From assembly GCA_963781395.1 (NCBI GenBank), contig CAWAFO010000006.1, forward strand, positions 29,554-93,553: a stretch of DNA of 64,000 nt. Direction: 5' to 3'. Origin of the DNA: an uncultured Pseudomonadota bacterium. Its GTDB lineage: Bacteria > Pseudomonadota > Gammaproteobacteria > Burkholderiales > Casimicrobiaceae. Positions 60,510 to 64,000 of this stretch are shown in pieces (the first letter of the stretch is position 1; the number at the start of each line of letters is the position of its first letter). Below the pieces are notes generated by a model. It was not told the origin of the DNA, made no database searches, and saw only the letters and a program-made list of their open reading frames with translations. Position numbers and translations under genes: made by a program.

Positions 60510-62675
60510 TCAGTCTTGAACTGGTTGCGCAGTGCGCGCTGCAGTTGCCGAGACGCGCCCGCCTGTCTTCGCCACCGATTCGAGCGTTTCGAGGAACGCG
60601 CGCACGACGGTCTCCTCGGCCGTGTCATCTGTGATGAGCGTCGCGAGGAGGTCGAGAGTTGCCTCATCGACGCCAAGCTGGCGCAGTTCCGCAAGGCTGC
60701 GGGGCAAGCTGCCATTTGGCGTGCGCCGATATTGCTCGTCGAGGAAGCGCACTAGATGCTCGAGTGCGACAACGGTCTCGGCCCGGTCGGGGGTTTCAAA
60801 CAGATCGTGGAAGAGCGCTGGCAGAAATGACTCAAAGATATTGGAAGCTCTGCTTTTCGGGGCCTCCGTCCTGGCAGAGGAATACGCTCGACCAGGTTCC
60901 GCGGGGCTGGGGCAGAACGTCGCGGTATCGAAATGAAGGCTCCTCACGACGCATCGAACGCTGCCCACACCGCCCCACCCCGCCGCATGCATCTGCGCGA
61001 CTTGCGCCAGTCGTGGTAGGTCCACCGCCTTCTCACCCTCCGCGCGTTCATGCACGACGATGAAATTGGTGGAGTCGGTGAGCAGTTGATATTGCAGCGC
61101 TAGCGCGAGGCGCGACTCAGCATCCGCGGTCTCGATGCGCTTGGCTCCCGCCATCCGCGCGAACGTCTCGCCTGCTTCAATGGTGGCAGACATATTCACG
61201 CGCGATACCAGCGACTCGCTGCTATCGGCGGGCACGAGGTGCATCGCCACTTCGCCGGTCGGCGCGGCGTCAAAGCCCGCGAAAACGTGAATCGTCTCGC
61301 CGCCGAAGAGACCTCGCGGCATGGGCGTAACCCACGTCGGCTCCGCCGGCCAAGTCACATCGGCATGATCCACACGCGGACTGCGCAGCCTGGCGAACAT
61401 GCGAAGGATGCCGGCCTCGGCATCCTCGCTGGGTGCTACGAACTCACATGCGCCACCCGTTGCTTCGGCGAGCTGACGCAGCACGCCTTCGGCCGGTGCC
61501 GCCCCGATGCCGACGGTGAACACCCGTTGCCCCGCTTTGCGCGCCGCGGCCACCAGCGAATCGGCTTTCCAGATTTCGCCATCGGTGATGAGGAGCACAT
61601 CCGCCGCGCCTTCTCTGCCGCCCAATGCGAAGACCGAACGCAGCGCGGCCTCCATTTCAGTGCCGCCCAGATCCGCGGACATTGCCGCCAAGTGCTTCGC
61701 GCATTTTCTGACGACCTCCGGTGACGCCGCCCTCAACGTGTCGAAATCGTGATGCACCGTGCTGCCGAATCGAGACAGCGTGAACTTGTCCGCCGGCGTG
61801 AGGCCCGCGAATATACGGTGCAGTGCGCGCCTCGCGGCTTCCATGCTGTCCCCGCTCATCGAGCCGGAACAGTCGACAAGGACTTTGAGCTGAAGGGGTG
61901 CCTCCGACTGGTCGCGCGGCACATCGGCGCAAAAGCTCGCGAGTGTCACGTAACCGTTCCCGTCACGGGCGACGGTTGTCAGGGGCGTCGCGGCGAGATC
62001 ATCGATGGCCAGGACGAAATCGCGATCCAGGTAGGCGTCCTGCGCAAGGGATATCGTGACGCCGTCGTCACCGGCAACGGTGGCGATCCGGTGCGAGGGC
62101 GAAGTGATCCGTCCTTTGGCAATGGATCCGGACACATCGACGGTCAACGCAAACGGATAAGCGACCGCCAGGTCGTTGATCGGCTGTTGATGGGGCTGCA
62201 GTCCCCCCGCCGACGGATCGCCATACCGGGGTGCGATGACGGTTGGCACCGCGAGGCGTACGCTGCGGTGCTCGAATCGCAATAGCTGCGCGTAGCGGAA
62301 GCGAATCGTCGCTTCCTCCCCCGCCATCACGTTCCCGAGATTGACGGTGCAGAGACCGTTGCCGGCGCGCTCCAGCATGATCGCGGTATCGCCCTTTTCA
62401 AGAGCCTCCTCGTACTGTTCCTCAGCCGCACTCTTTTCCACTACGATGCCGGTCAGCAGCTTCCCATTGAGCTGCACCGCGAAGTCGAGCAGGACGGCCA
62501 CTGACGGCAACGGAAACGTGTAAACAGCCTCGATGTTGGTCGAGGTGGCATTGCGATAGCGTTGCTCGACCGTGAGCTCGAACAGCAGACCGTTGAGCTT
62601 GCCCTTGGCAGTGACGCCCTGAAGCGCCATCGCCTCGCCGGTCACCGATTTGAGAATCGCCGCTTTCTGGTCCAT
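60510..62675 (-). CDS. VIT plus vWA domain protein (possible C-terminal frameshift)
   Basis: VIT: VEQRYRN...IEAVYTFPLPS; MIDAS DCSGS, TDG; QYQLLTDSTNFIVV. Confidence 0.88.
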   Translation of the reverse strand: MDQKAAILKSVTGEAMALQGVTAKGKLNGLLFELTVEQRYRNATSTNIEAVYTFPLPSVAVLLDFAVQLNGKLLTGIVVEKSAAEEQYEEALEKGDTAIMLERAGNGLCTVNLGNVMAGEEATIRFRYAQLLRFEHRSVRLAVPTVIAPRYGDPSAGGLQPHQQPINDLAVAYPFALTVDVSGSIAKGRITSPSHRIATVAGDDGVTISLAQDAYLDRDFVLAIDDLAATPLTTVARDGNGYVTLASFCADVPRDQSEAPLQLKVLVDCSGSMSGDSMEAARRALHRIFAGLTPADKFTLSRFGSTVHHDFDTLRAASPEVVRKCAKHLAAMSADLGGTEMEAALRSVFALGGREGAADVLLITDGEIWKADSLVAAARKAGQRVFTVGIGAAPAEGVLRQLAEATGGACEFVAPSEDAEAGILRMFARLRSPRVDHADVTWPAEPTWVTPMPRGLFGGETIHVFAGFDAAPTGEVAMHLVPADSSESLVSRVNMSATIEAGETFARMAGAKRIETADAESRLALALQYQLLTDSTNFIVVHERAEGEKAVDLPRLAQVAQMHAAGWGGVGSVRCVVRSLHFDTATFCPSPAEPGRAYSSARTEAPKSRASNIFESFLPALFHDLFETPDRAETVVALEHLVRFLDEQYRRTPNGSLPRSLAELRQLGVDEATLDLLATLITDDTAEETVVRAFLETLESVAKTGGRVSATAARTAQPVQD

Positions 62676-62677
62676 GT

Positions 62678-63097
62678 TCAGTCCTTGTTCTTGATGTTCT
62701 GATAGAGCGTCAATGCGCCCTGGAAGAATTCCCGCGCCTGTTCCGGCGTCAGCCCTGCGCGTGACGGCTCGAGCGTGACCTCGATCCCGTCCGCCACCAC
62801 CAGGTGACTCCACACTTCGACCGTTCCTGTGCCGCGCGGTCTTGGCGGGACCGGCGGCGTCGAACCGTGCAGCAGGTCGCCGATCCTTTCCAGCGACACG
62901 CCGGCGTCCGTCCACTTCCGGATCAGCAGCAGCTGCTCCAGGTGGCGGCTCGTGTAATGAGCGGCCCGCGTTTCGCCAACGGGACGGTCGACCAGGCCGA
63001 GCTGAATGTAGTAACGGACGGTGCGCTTCGGCAGCTCGGACAGCGTGCACAGCTCGTCGAGGGTGTAGGTACGTTCGGGGACGTTCGCGCCTTTCAT
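62678..63097 (-). CDS. MerR-type HTH protein
   Basis: YTLDELCTLSELPKRTVRYYIQLGLVDRP, AHYTSRHL; 2 nt from the vWA start. Confidence 0.85.
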   Translation of the reverse strand: MKGANVPERTYTLDELCTLSELPKRTVRYYIQLGLVDRPVGETRAAHYTSRHLEQLLLIRKWTDAGVSLERIGDLLHGSTPPVPPRPRGTGTVEVWSHLVVADGIEVTLEPSRAGLTPEQAREFFQGALTLYQNIKNKD

Positions 63098-63110
63098 ACA
63101 GCTAATTACG

Positions 63111-63132
63111 CCAGTACTACTGTACTTGTCAA
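63111..63132 (-). promoter_or_regulatory. -35 element with a palindrome in the spacer, upstream of the MerR-vWA operon
   Basis: Minus strand TTGACA followed by AGTAC-AGTA-GTACT dyad and a TAAT-containing -10-like box. Confidence 0.5.
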
Positions 63133-63164
63133 GCGGCGCCGGTCGGCCGATCCGCCCTGCTCCG

Positions 63165-64000
63165 CTACGGTCCGCGGCCAGCAACCCAATCGGCCTCCAA
63201 CTTCGTAGCCATCCGGAACATGGCCAGCGTGTCGTGGCGGCAGTAGCGGATGAGTTGCTCGCGCAGGTCCGCCTGCCTCGACGGATCGGCATCAGGGTCG
63301 ACGAGTTCGAGATACGCATCCATCGCGCCGCCGCCGTCACGAATGCCGGGGAGCGTCGCGTACGACAGGGCCGGATCGACGGTCGGCAGCACAGCCTTGA
63401 GCGACCACGATCCGTTCATTCCGGGGTCGTAGTAGTGCTCGACGAACATCGGGTGAAGATCGACGATCCTGTCGATGATGGCGTCGATCGCGCCGGAATA
63501 CGCCGGCAAGTCACGCGCAAGCTCGGCAAGACGGCCCTTCTCGAACGACGCGTACCAAACGCAAATCGGCCCATCCGCTTCCACCACCTCAATCAGCGAG
63601 CGGACAAAACGCTCCCGAGGGTCCTGTGAATCGGGAGCCAGAAATCCGCGATGCTCGAGCGCGCCGGAGGTGCGCTGGACGTGGCACGACCACTGGAAGG
63701 TGATTTGTGCGTATGGGCGCATCCCGGCGAATCTCGGCAACGCCGGATTGCTGGTCTCGAAATCGACGTAATACCTCGGGTAAGGGAGTTGCGAAAGCAG
63801 CGGCCCCAGCGCCTCGCCGACGATACGTGAGCGCTGAAGGTGGGCGCTCTTGACCACTCGCTGCCGATCATTGATTTCGTCATCGGGAACCTGCACCAGC
63901 TCGAAGATGCCGCGCGTCCGCCAATTCGCCAGTTTGTCCACGGCGATCCGCGGCAAGACGTCCGGCCGATGCTCGCTCGACTTGTACGGATCGCAATGGT
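63165..64000 (-). CDS. DUF2779-type (RNase H-like) protein, C-terminal part; continues beyond right edge
   Basis: YPRYYVDFET, RPYAQITFQWSCH, YASFEKGRL, GSWSLKAVLP, YCRHDT. Confidence 0.75.
   Translation of the reverse strand, partial: HCDPYKSSEHRPDVLPRIAVDKLANWRTRGIFELVQVPDDEINDRQRVVKSAHLQRSRIVGEALGPLLSQLPYPRYYVDFETSNPALPRFAGMRPYAQITFQWSCHVQRTSGALEHRGFLAPDSQDPRERFVRSLIEVVEADGPICVWYASFEKGRLAELARDLPAYSGAIDAIIDRIVDLHPMFVEHYYDPGMNGSWSLKAVLPTVDPALSYATLPGIRDGGGAMDAYLELVDPDADPSRQADLREQLIRYCRHDTLAMFRMATKLEADWVAGRGP

Overview
High-GC betaproteobacterial (Burkholderiales/Casimicrobiaceae-like, inferred from gene content) chromosomal window, almost fully coding. Left to right: partial azoR and a LysR; a split phosphonate-catabolism neighbourhood (phosphonate-type LysR, Fe-ADH, MFS facing M20 peptidase-pbfA-2-hydroxyacid dehydrogenase) interrupted by a sigma54-driven PEP-CTERM gene and a REP array; GST, tctBA and assorted single genes; a hydroxyproline catabolic cluster; secreted/exosortase-targeted proteins near a BTAD regulator; selO, bdhA, an FAD oxidase and a sugar ABC transporter; a lanthanide-type xoxF-xoxG-xoxJ cluster with a SoxYZ-like carrier and two MBL-fold proteins, next to frmA-gfa-fghA. 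From about 56.6 kb the DNA looks foreign. The fghA 3' half has shifted codon usage, and pieces of divergent fghA alleles (59346-59411, 60435-60470, possibly 58643-58670) sit between cargo genes (adenylate cyclase-YHS, HAD, DUF347-type, VIT-vWA, MerR-HTH, DUF2779). This suggests fghA is a gene-restoring integration hotspot, which is the most unusual signal found. No integrase, tRNA, rRNA or CRISPR array was seen. All family calls come from motif recognition, not database searches; many start codons are estimates.
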